From: the human T2T-CHM13v2.0 reference genome, Homo sapiens | Strand: one strand, 5' to 3' | DNA length: 64,000 bases | Assembly (NCBI RefSeq): GCF_009914755.1 | Contig: NC_060925.1 | Shown: piece after piece, positions 43,816 through 58,148 of the stretch | Numbering within the stretch: position 1 is the stretch's first letter | Layout: every line of letters begins with the position of its first letter | Made by a program: the position numbers and the translations under genes | Notes under the pieces: generated by a model | Databases searched by the model: none | The model's input: only the letters and a program-made list of their open reading frames with translations | What the model was told of the DNA's origin: nothing

Positions 43816-45295
43816 ATATTTAAAAAAATTCTTTTCAAGCAGTTTCACATCCATATGTTTATTTCTATTTGAAAAATAGTCTGTGTTGTGGGAAGGGTGT
43901 TATTTGTCCCAATTTTACAGATTCAGATATCAAGGACCAGAGATGTCAAGAGATTTTCTTAAGTTCACACAATTATTAGTGGCCAAGCTAAGCTAAATAC
44001 AAAGTTTGACTACTGGACTTGTAACTTTTCTGCTACATTTTATTCTTATCCTCTTCTTCCTTTGTCTCAATGTTTCTTCCTCTCAACTCATGTGAACTTT
44101 AATAACAATTTCTCCACCATCTTTGTTCTCTCTCTCCTTCTGAGCCCTCTCATGCTCTCTGAAGCAGCCATGCCTGCCTCTTGCCCCCTTAGCATCACTC
44201 CTCCCTGGAACAATGAGTTACAGTCATGTCCTGAGCATCTCTCTTTGGCTCCTAATACACTTTGTCTCACATTCTGCTTTCCCCCCATAATCTCTTGAAC
44301 CAAGACGCACTTCATGTGGGAAAGGAGGTGACTCTGAACTTGAGGGAGAGCAGCAGACCTGAGATGCTCAAAGCTGAGGTTCCTAGCCAGGATTCTCTTC
44401 TTCCCTAGAGCATCTCTAGTGAGCTCTAAAGTCACTGGGAATTTTTCAATGCATTGGAAGGTTAATGTTAGTTGCCTTGATTTTTATTTTTAATAACAAA
44501 ATGTTAGAGCTGGAACATACTTTAGAGATTATCTTATCCATCCTTCTGATTACAGATGAAAAAACTGAGGCCCAAAGAGGTGTCTGAAACTCAATTCCCA
44601 CTCAAGTGTTTCAACATTTGGAAATTGAACATCATGATATCCCGTAAACATAGGGTCTTTTCAGTCATAAAAGAGTCAGGACTCCTTGGTTTAAATTATC
44701 TTTAAGGCTTTTACCAAATTACTTCCTGTCTAAATTACTGGAATATCATCAGATAAAATGAAGGACCAGGAAACATAAGAACTGAAACTTATCCCTGTCT
44801 CTTTTTGAACTTGGTAGTAGCCCCCACACCAAATTTTCTATACATCTCTGAAATGTCACCTAACGGTCATTTATTTAATCATCCAGTCATTCATATTACC
44901 AACATTGGTCAAGGAAAGCAATCTCTATATATCAGGTATTTTTCTGGATCCTGCAATATAGAAACCAAAGTTACAATCTTGCCTTTACAAAGCTCACCAT
45001 CTTCTTGAAGAAAGGGACTGCCAACAGGCACCATGATGCAGCATGTGGAGGTAGGCCCAGGACACAGTAGAGCACCCAGGCAGACACCAACCTAGATCTG
45101 GGAAGTGAGTTGTGGGAGAGGAAGTTGGGAAGGATTTATAGAAAGAGGCAAGTGACTCCAGGGTGGAATTTAAAAAGATGAGTAGAAATTAGCCACTCTT
45201 CCGTATATTCAATAAATATTCAAAGAGTACCCTCTGCACCATATACTGAGATAAGGCATTCTAAGTACAGAGTTGGTGGAAACAGAAAAAGTCCC

Positions 45296-45669
45296 TGCTA
45301 TGGTTTGATTGTGACCCCCAAAGTTCAGGTGTTGGAAACTTAATTTTCAATGCAACAGTGTTGAGAGGTAGGCCCTTTAAGAAGTGATTAGGTCATGAGG
45401 GTTCCACCTCATGCATGGATTAATGTCATTATTGTGCAGGGTGGGTTTGTTCTAAAAGGAAGTTTAGTCCCTCTCACGTGCACACATGCTTGCTCTCTTA
45501 CCCTTCTGCCTTCTGCCATGGGATCACGCAGCATGAAAATCCTCACCAGATGTAGACTCCTCAACCTTGGACTTCTCATCCACCAGAATTGTAAGAAATG
45601 CATTTCTTTTCTTTATAAATTACCCACTCAGTGGTGTTCTTTTATAGCAACACAAAACAGACTAAGACA
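45296..45669 (+). mobile_element. MST solo LTR (ERVL-MaLR) inserted in an L2
   Basis: tgctatggtttg...ccccaaagttca.gtgttggaaacttaat...aacagactaagaca; TSD gtccc/gttcc. Confidence 0.92.
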
Positions 45670-46130
45670 GTTCCTGTCTCACTGGCCCTTATAGTTAGTT
45701 AGAAGTCAGGCAATAAATAGGTAAACAAATATTTACAAAATGTGAAGGGCTAGGAAGGATACTAAGATAGGGAGAACAAGAAGGGGGCCCGTTAGAGATC
45801 AAGAAAGTCCTTGCTGAGGAGGTTATTAGATTGTTTCTGAACAATAAGAAGGAATGAACCACGTGAAAAGCCAGGTACGAGAGTTCCAGACAGAGGGACG
45901 TGGGTGTGCAAAGGCCCTGAAGCAGAAAATGGCTAAGTCTGTTTTAAAAACTGCAGAAAGACCTTGGTGTCAAACAAGGTGAATTAGAAAAGGAGAGAGG
46001 TTGTGATATGCTGCTGGGGAGGGAAGCAAAGATCGGTGCACTCAGGGCTTGGTGGGCCAAAGTAAAAATGAGCATCGAGGACTTTCCAAACAGAAGGAAT
46101 GGGCCATGTAAAGGCCTAGAAATATGAAAC
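45670..46130 (-). mobile_element. L2 LINE fragment (continues 45200-45295)
   Basis: ttccagacagagggac...gtgcaaaggccctgaagcag L2 motif. Confidence 0.65.
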
Positions 46131-48190
46131 CAGTGGCACTTGGAGGGATTGGCATGAGAAATTAGTGGCCTACAACATGATAGTGTACAGTCCATACACA
46201 GCATGAGCTGGCCACCTTGAGCTAGAGGCCTTGGTCTTTCCTAACCTACTCTAACAACCTTTCAAATAGACTAAAACCATGAAATATGCCCCTGGGTCTT
46301 TTGGATGGTGGTCATTTCAGCCTTTCTAATCAGCTTCTGGAGGTGACATTTAAGAGGACAAACTAGAGACAGCAACAGCTCATCCAGTGTACCACGCTGA
46401 GTGAAAACAAATTCCGCAGTTCCTACAAGATAAATAAAAATTCAGAATTGAGAATGGCAAGGACAGCTGGCCAGCAGGAGACAGGCAAATGGCCAATGGT
46501 TCATGTTTGGATGACAAGGGAAGAAAGAATGAAATGCAAGAGGAAAACAAGAACTCTCTCTTCAAACAGTTGGGAAACACCCTCTGCTTCCCTTCATTTC
46601 CCAGCTGGGGAGGGCAGCAGCAGCAGGACAAGAGGTCAGGAGGAAGCATTCATTCCTGGAGACCTGCTGGAGTGGATGCCACTGGGCCGGATGCCGGAAA
46701 CGGGAGACACAGAGGATGTGGTGCCCAGTCCCTGCCGATGCCAGGGCCTGCCTTAAAGAACTGGACATCAGCAAACAGAAAACCATTCAGACCCTGCAGC
46801 AGGCGGGGTTCCCATGGCAACCAACAATTCCCCAGCACCTCCACATCCCCTTCTTTTCCCCTCATAAACTTGCCATTTGTATCTAACCTACACTTTGGAT
46901 AATGTCCAGGTTGGATAAGAGGTGCTGGGAGTGGGGGTAGATACTGGAGAGAGTGTCAAGGAATAGGAAGAAGATACCTGGTTTTCACATGAAGTCGGAG
47001 AATTAAAAGCTGTTGGATCCATAGGCAAATTTTAATCAGGCTGTGTTTTTTTTGAGCCCAACTTTCCTTCCAGTTCTGGCATTTGCCCAAGGCTCTTTTA
47101 TAGCCAAAGGCCACTGGTCACTACTTCCTCTTGGCCCTCCCTAGTCATCATTCTTGCCTGCTGGAAGGGATGCTCTGCTGCCCGATACTGTTCCCAAGTC
47201 AATTAATGGTCCCTCCCCTAAATCTGAGCTGGCCAAAGTCCCTCTGCCCTTTTAGTGGCTGACAGATTAAAGGAAAGGGAAAGGCACCCTGGGAATGTTA
47301 AAGACAGTAGACTCCTGAGCCCCACCTTCAAGATTCAGAGTCATTATGCCTTGAATGGAGTTCTAAAAATTCACATTATTCCCACGCAGGTTTATGCAGA
47401 TTTTGGTGGATGCTAGACACACTAAAGAAACACCATCTCAGGGGTCACTTGGATTGGAATGAAGCCAAGGCCATGGGACCAACTGACTTCCAAGGATATT
47501 TGGGCCAGGGTGGCAGATACGTAGGAGAAAATGTCCTTTGGTGTGAGGAGAGGTCCTTCCCAACCCCAGGGTGTGCACTCCTCTGGCCCTTTGGAGCTGT
47601 GAGTATCCTTCAATGTCTTTCAGCCAACACTAAAACTTTTCAAAAGAAGGAGGTTCCAGTTTTCTTCCTAGTGAACACGTGATCTATTCCCTCTTCCAGA
47701 GTGGCTCTGGGTTCAAGAACCAACTTCAAGCAATGCTTGACTTAAGTGAAAGTGGGTTCACTGATTGTCATTTCTGATTCTAACAACCCAAATCAGACCC
47801 AGGGAAAAGCACATGAAATGAAGCAAAAAATGAACAGAAATGACCATGACTAAAAAGCCGGGAGGGATTTCTCTTATGTTGGAAATAGAAGAAATGTCTG
47901 TGTTGACCTTGCTTTCTTCTTTGGTGCTGATTAGTTTTAAATGGAATTATTTTAATTTTTGTGTGCAGTGAATAATTTTGCTCTGAGACTCATCTGGCCT
48001 TAGTTACCCTATTTATGGCAAAAAATGAAGAAATTCTGCAAAGGAATATTTCAGTCATCAAAGGAATTGATTGAGCAGGAGTATACAGTACGGAGGAAGT
48101 GGGAAGTGATTGGCTGTCTGTTCTAGAGATAAAAACGCATAATGATTTCTGTCAGAAATGTGCTGGCATTACATATCAAAAGTTAACACA

Positions 48191-48469
48191 GGCTGGGCTC
48201 AGTGGCTCACATCTGTAATCTCAGCACTTTGGGAGGCCAAGGCAAGAGTATTGCTTGAGGCCAGGAGGTCAAGATCAGCCTGAACAACATAGTGAGACCC
48301 TGTCTCTATAAAAAATACAAAAATTAGCCAAGTGTGATGACACACGCCTGTAGTCCCAGCTACTCCAGAGAATCACTTCAGCCCAGGAGGTAAAGGCTGC
48401 AGTAAGCTGTGATCATGCCACTGCCCTCCAGCCTGGGTGACAGGGTGAAACTTGGTCTCAAAAAAAAAA
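48191..48469 (+). mobile_element. Alu SINE (AluJ)
   Basis: ttgcttgaggccagg and aggctgcagtaagctgtgatc J-type motifs; TSD aaaagttaacaca. Confidence 0.95.
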
Positions 48470-48914
48470 GTTAACACAGAGATTTCCCTGAAGGGGCCCA
48501 TCCACTACTTAGTGCTCATGTATGACAAAATGACGCACTTTTATGTATAGGTTCTTGGGGGCTGGTTTTAATGAAGGATAAGGATCGTGTGACATTTCTT
48601 TGTATTCATCATAGTTTCCAGTACAATGCTAGTCATTTAGTAAGTATTCATAAAGCCGTTAATTGGCGAATTTTAAAAAGTAGATGGTTTTAATGCCTCA
48701 ATGAGCTATTTTTAAGCTGCATTTACTGGATATTGTCCCTGGAGTGAGGTGACAACAGAGGGACCTGCAATATTTCCTTAGCGTATGCCTGTGTACCTGC
48801 CATGTTTGTAATGACAAATCTCCAGAGGGACTGGCTGGATAAGATCTTTCAGAGGCACCTGCAAGACTGAGCTTGATCACTCGTTAGGCTTCTGAGTTGA
48901 AGGATTAAATGAAG

Positions 48915-49130
48915 GCAGGCTCTGGACCCTAACCACCTGAGCTAGAATTCCAGCTCTATCATCCATTGCTGTGGGACTTCATACAAATTACTCAACCTGT
49001 CCTCATCTGTAAAACAGGGATCATAATAGAACCTGCTGTAGGGTTGCTGCAAGAATTAAATGAGAGAATGCTTGCAAAGCATTTAGGAAACAGCCCAGCC
49101 CATAGTAAGAGCCCAATAAACATTACTATG
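48915..49130 (+). mobile_element. MIR SINE
   Basis: cctcatctgtaaaacagggatcataatagaacct...aattaaatgagagaatg core. Confidence 0.85.
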
Positions 49131-49949
49131 ATTACGTGATTGAGTAGTGACCAGAACCGGTTGGTTCACGATCAAAGAATGAGGACTACAGCTCCTAGCC
49201 CCACAGACATGCTCAGATGGGATTCCGCCCCTGAGAACATGAACGGTATCTATGTCTCCTATCAAGCAGCATTTTACACCTGAATGTGTTGCTGAATCAT
49301 TCAGTATAATGAGATCAGATACCTAAACATGAGGATTCCTTGCTCTGTCCCTGTTCCAGTCTCATTTCTAACAACTCCACTCTGTATGAATGTCCTGTTC
49401 ACTTTCTTACTGAGCATCTAGGTTGTCTAGAATCTGCAAAGTGAGGAAAAGAGAGGAACTACACTCAGCATAAGGTCTTCCCTAAAAATCATAGTTAAGT
49501 TCCATTAAGGAAAATGGGATGAGGGAGTTGAATGACAGAAACAAAGAAACCAAAGCAGGCACATTCCCCTGTTTCCCAATAACAGATGCTGAGATGCTTT
49601 TCTGGGAGAGTAATCAGCTTGTTTTCAAGGGATGCTGGGCCCTCCTTCTAGAGTTAAGAACCAAAAATATTCTCAAAAGGTTTTGAAGTTTGGCATTCTA
49701 ATAAAAAAAGGAAAAAAAAAAAAAGCATGTTGTTCTAACCTTTTCAAACTTCCAAAGTCAGCAAATGAGAGCCAGAGAAGGTAGTCACCAGATTGCGTTT
49801 TGGCTGTGAGATTTTCAATCCGCTGTCTCCAGGTCTTTTTTGAACAATAATAGCTTCATAGCATTCCTCTCTCTGCTCCTGTTCCAAAATGAGTATGACA
49901 CAGTGAATGCCAGGGAGAAGCAAAGGTATTTTTTAAATGACATCTGAAT

Positions 49950-50675
49950 ATATACAAATAATGGAATGATATTTAGCCTTTACAAGGAATGAAATGCTGA
50001 CACATGCTACAACATGGATGAACTTTGACAACATTATACTGACTGCAATAAGCCAGTCTCAAAAAGACAAACACTATATGATTCTACTTAAGTATTTAGA
50101 GTGGTCAAATTCATACAGATAGAAAATAGAATGATGCTTGCCAGGGGCTGGGAGGAAGGGAAGCGGGGAACTGTTTAATGAATATGGAGTTTCAGTTTGG
50201 AATCATCAAAATGTTCTTTTGTTTTTTGTTTTTTGTTTTTGTTTTGTTTTTGAGACAGGTTCTCATTCTGTCTCTGAGGCTGGAGTGCAGTGGTGCGATC
50301 TTGGCTTACTGCAGTCTCTGCCTCCTGCGCTCAAGCGATCCTCCCACCTGAGCCGCTTGAATATCTGGGATCACAGGCACAAGCCACCACACCCAGCTGA
50401 TTTTTGTATTTTTTGTAGAAACAGGGTTTCGCCATGTTGCCTAGGCTGGTCTCAAACTTCTGAGCTCAAGTGATCTACCTGACTTGGCCTCCCAAAATGC
50501 TGGGATTACAGGCATGAGCCACTGTGCCTGGTGATGGAAAAGTTCTGAAGATGGATAATGGTGATGGTTACACAACAATGTGAACATACTTAATGCCAAT
50601 GAACTGCACACTTAAAAATGGTTTAAAACAGCATGGTGTTTCATTTATATATGCACTTTACCACGTAAGAAAAAG
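49950..50675 (+). mobile_element. L1MB 3' end interrupted by a reverse AluJ (50217-50531)
   Basis: catgctacaacatggatgaactttgac...ggtgatggttacacaacaatgtgaa...gaactgcacacttaaaaatgg. Confidence 0.9.
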
Positions 50676-51634
50676 GTGTCTTAGAGTCATCCATGTGCCT
50701 ATGCATAAGGTTTTTCTTATATCTCCCCTTTACCCATATGTTAACATAATTTCCAGAATGGCCACCCTCTACTATTATGGTCATGAAGTAACATGGAATG
50801 AACAATATACCTGGATATTTTGGAATAAACAATATACCTGGATTTGCATGCTTTTTCTTATGAAACTAAACTGCTTTTTAATTGGTACCAAAATAGTTAA
50901 AATGGTAAATTTTATGTGATGTATATTTTTACCAAACACACAAAAAAAACTTGAAGCATCAAGAAGAATGATGTCCAAGCAGTGGATGAAGTTTCTGCTC
51001 CCTCTTTGCACAGCTGCCCTGCTCTGGACCTATTACAGAATGGTTGTCCTTTTCTCATCTTGTACAGTAGCAGATGTTTACCATAACAGATGTTATACTA
51101 AATGTTTTTGAGTGGATTTCATCGGAGGGTTGTGGAATCTGCTCCAATCTTTCAATTTAGCTTACCAGTCCCAATGCCTGCTCCTCTTGAGGGTTCTGCT
51201 AAGGGGGTGGAAGGCGCCAAAGGAAGGGAAGGTGGCTGAACTACCAAGCATTTTTCTGGGTAGCATGTGGCACAGACTCCCTAAGAGAAATATCAGAGTC
51301 CATGGGTTTATGTAGTAGATGACTAAAAGCATTTCTCTCCAGTTGCCTAAATAAACAACATACTTGCCACTTCCCAATAGAAAGAGATTTGGAGATAGTA
51401 GAATGATATTCCAATTAAATATTTCAGTAGCTTTCAGATTATTTTGATTGCAACCCACATTAAGAAATAGTTTTACATCATGACATAATATGTGCATTCA
51501 TATTGACGCATTTATATAACAGAAGAAACAATTGAAGTTTTGTGATACAATACTTGTCCCTATTACATGAAGGCCACGCTAAGATTTTAGGCCACTCCTT
51601 TCCACAGTTCTGATCTGATCTACTTTATTTCACC

Positions 51635-51768
51635 TTTTTTTTTTTTGAAATGAAGTCACACTCTGTCGCCCAGGCTGGAGCGCCGTGGCGCAATCTTGGG
51701 TCACTGAAACCTCTGCCTCCCGGGTTCAAGCAATATTCCTGCCTCAGCCTCCTGAATAGCTGGGATTA
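51635..51768 (-). mobile_element. Truncated Alu (right-arm fragment)
   Basis: Poly(T) plus ctctgtcgcccaggctggag...tagctgggatta. Confidence 0.9.
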
Positions 51769-52656
51769 TTGCTGGTTGTAATCTATTACATTTATTTTAG
51801 GACTCACGAATAGGTCTAGATCTGCAGTTTGAAAAATACTGAACTGTGTCTGATGCTGTCACCACTGGGTTAAGATGAAACTGCTTGCTCCAGAGGACTA
51901 ACGACAGGTGAGACTCCTATGCAAGTGAGAGAGTTGATTGGGTAGGTCGATTTCTCTTCAGTCTCAGAGGGGAAAAAGCCTGATGTGGTAGCACAGAAAT
52001 GGATTGCAAAACGAGTGCGTGTGAGCCACGGGTCTACAGGCAAGGCTCAGCAGGAGAGCCCAGGATCACGTGTCTGCACTTCAGCAGGAACACTGAATAT
52101 GGACCGTCAGCAAAGTCCACCCTTCTTGGATATCACTGCAAAATTATAAAATCAAAGCTAATTTGGGAAATCGGGGAAAAGGCAAAAACAGGAAACTCTG
52201 TGGTCTTGCTAAAGAGTTCAGTAATGAGAGGAGTCCATAGACTATGCTAGTTTTTCAGAGAGAATTTAAAGTCAGGAAATCTTTGAACACACGTGGTGTC
52301 ACCTGTACTTTTTGGAGCCTTCTGCACCCACTTAACCATGCTTCTAACTCTGTCTTTCTTGCTGTGTTGTCTAGGGATCTGGGAAACAGAATGTTCGCAC
52401 CTCTTGCCTGATTTCTCTGTTGATTTTTTTTCTGTGCATGTCAGAGAGGTCTGGAGGAAGTTAGCCACCTGGGGAATGTGTGCTTACTGGCTATTCATAG
52501 TCAAACCCAGAATGGGAATTGACATTCATTGAAATCATGAATGTCATGAGGAAGCACATATAATGTAGAGACAAGTACCAGGCACCATAAATACACGTTA
52601 TTTTTGGCAGATTATGTTCAAATTATTATATTTTCCAGGGCTGAGACACCAAACTA

Positions 52657-52977
52657 AGTCTGGGTGTGGTGGTTTATGCCTGGAATCCCAGGGCTATGGG
52701 AGACCAAGGTGGAGGGATTGCTTGAGGCCAGGAGTTTGAGACCAACCTGAGCAGCATGCCAAGACCTCATCTGTACCAAAAAAATAAAAAATAAAAATAA
52801 ATAGCTGGTCATGGTGGCGTGTGTCTGTATTCCCAGCTACAGGAGGCTGAGGTGGGAGGATTGTTTGAGCTAGGGAAGTAGAGGCTGCAGTGAGTCACGA
52901 GCATACCACCGCACTCCAGCCTGGGTGACAGAGTGAGACCCTGTCTCCAAAAGAAAAAAAAAAAAAGAAAAAAAAAA
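52657..52977 (+). mobile_element. Alu SINE (AluJ)
   Basis: ggattgcttgaggccagg and gaggtgggaggattg J-type motifs; A-tail. Confidence 0.95.
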
Positions 52978-53807
52978 CTAATAATTCACATTCAAAACAA
53001 AATGATACCTGTCTATGGCAGCTCCAGAACACTCCCTAATGTGCCATAGATGTTTAAGAAACTCATTCCACACACTTCCTTTAAGGCATTCTCAGGTTTC
53101 CTAAGGCAAGCTAGCTTCTACCTCCCTTTTCTAAAGATGTGCCTAATGATCTAAAAGGAGGTGGGCCCCTCTATGCTACCTCATACAGGTACTTGGGCAA
53201 TAACAAGATTGTGGTTTCCAGAATAAATAATGGGCACTGCCACCATCGGAGTCCATAGGATGCTGTATGAGTGCCAAACAGTTCAGGCTGGCATCTCTGT
53301 TAGTTTCAAATGATAAAATGCTAGGCTATAACAATGTTTAAAGATTATCTCTTCCAATTCCTTCAATACATTGTCCCAAGTCACCTGGGACACCGTGAAT
53401 GGCCTTCCTTCCCAAGCTCATCTCCTCCAAACATATCCAGCTCCTCTTTTCCATTTTATCTATTACGATAAACAGAGTGTCGTTACCACAGAGTTCAGCA
53501 ATTCATTTCCCTCTGTTTTTTCCATGTGTCTATTATTCTATGTTTCCATATAGATGGCAGCATCCCCCTTTGGCCTTCCCCTCCTTCTCTGGCATGTATT
53601 CTAACTGCTTGTCGACGGGTGCCAGGAAGTCTCAACCTTATGTAGTCTTTCAGACAGAAGGAGAACCTAGCTGACAGCATTGTCTCCTAATTTTCTCGTA
53701 AGACGAAGTACAGCTAGAAAGGAGAAGCATAAGTTTCAGAAGAGGAATCTGACCACGTGGAGGAGACTTTGCTGTATTTTCTAAGAAATCTTTGTGATTA
53801 ACCAAAT

Positions 53808-54200
53808 ATGTTGGTTATGACACTTTCAGCTGCCTGAAACAGAAAACTCCCACTCACACAGCTTGAAAAATGCAAACAAATGTATTGTCTCACATACTTA
53901 AAGTCCAGAGATGGCTTGGGTTTCAGGAAAGATACGGTTCAGTGCTATTCAGTAATGTCATCAGGGACAGAGGTTATTTCTGTCCTTCCAGTCTGCTGTC
54001 CTCAGCATGGGTTCATTCAACAAGATGGCGGCCACTGGATATCAGCTGGCCACACACTTCCTGTTCATATCCAGTAGGAAAGAATGAATGGAAGTAACCT
54101 CTGCCCAAAGGCCCCTCCTTTAGTCTGATTGGGCCAAATTAAGTAATACATTCATCATTGGCCTAATAACAGTTGCCAGAAGGATGTCATGTGCTAACTG
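53808..54200 (-). mobile_element. Old MLT1 (K/L-like) LTR
   Basis: aacagaaaactcccactc...tattgtctcacata...aatgtcatcagggac...caagatggc motifs. Confidence 0.6.
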
Positions 54201-54208
54201 GTATAGAT

Positions 54209-54416
54209 CAAGGCTTTTCAATAGCAGTAACACTGACATTTTGGACTGGATTCTTCCTGTTGTGGGGGCTGTTCTGTGTACTATAGAATGTTTAGCAGCA
54301 TCCCTAGGCTTTATAGTCCCTCAGCACCACCTGTCATGAGAATTAAAAATGTCTCCTGACATTGCCAAATGTCCCCTGGAAGACAGGAAAAATCACCCCA
54401 GGGCTGAGAACCACTG
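54209..54416 (-). mobile_element. MER20 hAT-Charlie element
   Basis: aaaaatgtctcctgacattgccaaatgtcccctgg...tgagaaccactg; 8-bp TSD gtatagat/gtatagac. Confidence 0.92.
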
Positions 54417-54816
54417 GTATAGACTAATCAGGTTACTTATGGCCTCTGCACCTTAGTTTTCTAAGATAGTCATCCTATCCATGTGTAAAATGGGACTCAT
54501 ACTAGTAGCTCTCTCATATGACCATTATGAGAATTAAATGAGTAAGTTTATGTAAACACACAGAATATAGTAAGCAATACGTAAATGATAACTATTACTT
54601 TCGTCCACTACTCAGTGTATGAAACATGATGTGCTCAAATATTTTCTGAATAATTCAGTGGAAAAGTCACTTGGATCCATGTAACAGTGATGTAGTTCAG
54701 AAAAATGGTATTCTACAACGCTACTACTGCTGAACATTTCTGAAGTTGGGATTATATTCTGAATTTATGAGGCACGTCATTTCTTCATTTGAGAATGTCA
54801 CTGGAATATAAGGCCT

Positions 54817-54932
54817 TATTACATGTATAAGGGTAAAACCTGGTGCCATTTGGAATTTAAATGGCCACTATGAAATGAAAAGGGTGAGCTAGTGGGAATC
54901 AGGGACCTTAGATGGACTCGCTGGTTTATTCA
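54817..54932 (+). repeat. Left arm of a 116-bp non-TE inverted repeat
   Basis: Reverse complement of 55940-56055 with 6 mismatches and no gaps (about 95%). Confidence 0.95.
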
Positions 54933-55939
54933 TCCAGAACATAGACCAAGTCTGTTCAGCCTTGCATCCTGGAAGCCAAAACTGAGAGCATTTCCTTAGC
55001 TGAAGGTTGTAGAGTTGGAAGTGCAATCTGAAGTCCAATGAATAAAGGTGCTGAGAGGAGTATCTTGATAACATAATTTAAAAGTGTATGCATTTTTCCA
55101 CTTTGTTACTGTTGATAATAATGTTTCAATTTGAAGGGTGCACCATATGGTTTTAAAAATCACTTTCACATGCCTCTCTGGAAGTTTCGTTGGATGAAAG
55201 GGAGAGTGAATATTTGCAAGTATATGGCAAACCAAACTCTCGTATCTCTGAATTTACAAATAAATTTTAAAAGGTGGAATTCAGTTGGAGAATTGCCCAT
55301 AGGGGCTACCCTGACCAAACTCATGAGTGTTAAACCATTGAGTTTTTAGAGTTCATTTTTGCTGTAGCAAAGCTTCTCCTATTCTAAATAATATCTCAAA
55401 CCAGAGATTCTGAAGCATATTTTTAAAAAAGAATTTGATATTTGGGTTTTTTTAAAGGATTAAACTATTCTTAATGGGCAAAATGAGAACTTTATTGGAC
55501 TTAACCTTATTTTGTAATTTAGTACTTTGAAATAGCATATGGGGAAATACCATAATAATTTCTATGCTTGGGGCTTATGAAGGTCTTGCAGTAGCTCTGC
55601 TTACCAGAGCACTGAGGATTCACAGCTTCAGAGTAAAGACAAACAGCTCATTGTTGTTTCTACAGGGTCTTTCAGCCCTTTCTCAAATATTCTTTCCATC
55701 CCTGTAGCTTTCTACTTTTGTTTGGGGATTCCCTTTTCTTTGAATGTTTGCCCTAACTTCTCCTTCAAGTTCAGGTCAATTTAACTTCTTCCAAAAAGAC
55801 TTCCTAGATTCTCCAAGGAGTGATAGATTTTATTCCTCTACATGTATTATTTCATAATACCTATTACATTTATAACTGACCCTTCCCATGCCACCCCTCA
55901 GTACAAATTGTGATGGATTTGGATGAATTCCAAATTGAG

Positions 55940-56055
55940 TGAATAAACCAGTGAGTCCATCTAAGGCCCCTGATTCCCACTAGCTCACCCTTCTCATTTC
56001 ATAGTGGCCATTTAAATTCCAAATGGCACCAGTTTTTACCCGTATACATATAATA
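55940..56055 (-). repeat. Right arm of the 116-bp inverted repeat, embedded in an L2 fragment
   Basis: Partner of 54817-54932; L2-like sequence on both sides (about 55750-55910 and 56075-56172). Confidence 0.95.
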
Positions 56056-56186
56056 CATACACATGCATATGCTAAATTGTAGCTTTTAGAAAATAGATAC
56101 TATTTCTTACTCACTGTTGCCCTCACCATAACATGTGCTCAGAATGCAGAAAAAGTTCAATGCATTTCTGAATTTTAGTAAAACCA

Positions 56187-56217
<31 letters not shown>

Positions 56218-56326
56218 GGCAGACACAGCCATGTAGTATCTTTTAAATTATCATGTAGCCCTGCTCCATTCTACAGAGTAAGGGCTCCCACGACAGGTTT
56301 GTTTATTCATTCACAAATAAATTCAA

Positions 56327-56465
56327 AGCCAGGCATGTTGTTTCATACCTGTAGTCTCAGCCCTTTGGGAGGCTGAGGCAGGAGGATCACTTGAGGCCAG
56401 GAGTTCAAGATCAACCTGGGCAACATAGCAAGACCTAGTCTCTACAAAAACTTAAAAAAAAAAAT
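56327..56465 (+). mobile_element. FLAM / Alu left monomer
   Basis: Monomer with A-tail; TSD aaataaattca. Confidence 0.92.
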
Positions 56466-57507
56466 AAATTCAGAAATCCTCCCTCTAAAGTAGGTACGAT
56501 CCTGAATAGTGTGTCCTCTGTAACTATCAAGACAGCTGCAACCACCTGCAGAGTGTGCCTACAATGTGCCAGGCTCTGTGTGAGTGACTCACTGTCAGCC
56601 TGAGCCTCTGGCCAAGGCTCAGCTTTCCAGAACTTCTTTCTTTTCAGGGAAATGTAACTCCCAGCATCTGGAGAAGCTAATTACTCCTTGTTCATGTTTG
56701 CTCTTGCACCAAGACTTTTTTATTTTTTATTTTTAGGAACAGTCTGTTCATGTTTCCTTGGCTCAGATCTCTATGTTCCCATACCATTATGATGTAACTT
56801 AGAATTTATTTTACAGAACTGAACTCAATTCAATTTTGAAATTGTATAAGAGATCTACTCCACCCCTTTTCTTTCCATTAAAAAGCAAGAGGGATGTGTA
56901 GAAGCAATTTATTAAGGGTCCCTGCGGCTAGTCCCAGACCGCTATTTCACTGTTTCCTTATAGTTCACTGAGAAGGGAAGGGAGAACAGGAAAGGGGAGA
57001 CCAGTTCCTTCCTTCCTGAATGATTGTTTGGCCAATCCACAGGAACGCCACACCTCAGCCATCCTACTCCCATCAGGGAAGCAGTACTCAGAGAGTCATC
57101 CCAGAGCCAGGGCTGGCTGTGTCAGGCTACGATGACAGTTCAGATTGGGAGGTGAAATTTGGCCAACAACAGGGAAGGTGTGATAGGACGTGATAATTAT
57201 TAGAACATGACATTTTGAGAATAGGATCCAAGTCTGTTTAATATATCTTCAGCACCAACACAATGACTTGGCTTAGTAATAGCTCCAGAATGATTAAGTG
57301 AATGAATGCCATGTTCTTGCTTTCTGCAAACACTCTTTAAAAAGCATCTCCTTCATGTCTCTCTTCTGTATATCAGGAATCAGGAATTTGATGAGGCATA
57401 CAGCTCATCAGTCTGGAAGCATTCTGCTAATTACAAAAGCCCAGGATGCTTGGGTGGAAAAAGCACAGGTTAGAGAGGGGAGAGTAGAAAAGGGTTTTTC
57501 CAGAGCC

Positions 57508-58148
<641 letters not shown>

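Noticed and set aside
54817-56055. Inverted repeat as the TIRs of a novel DNA transposon or as an inversion footprint
   Set aside because: No TSD outside the arms, no transposase remnant in the spacer, and L2 sequence is collinear across the right arm.
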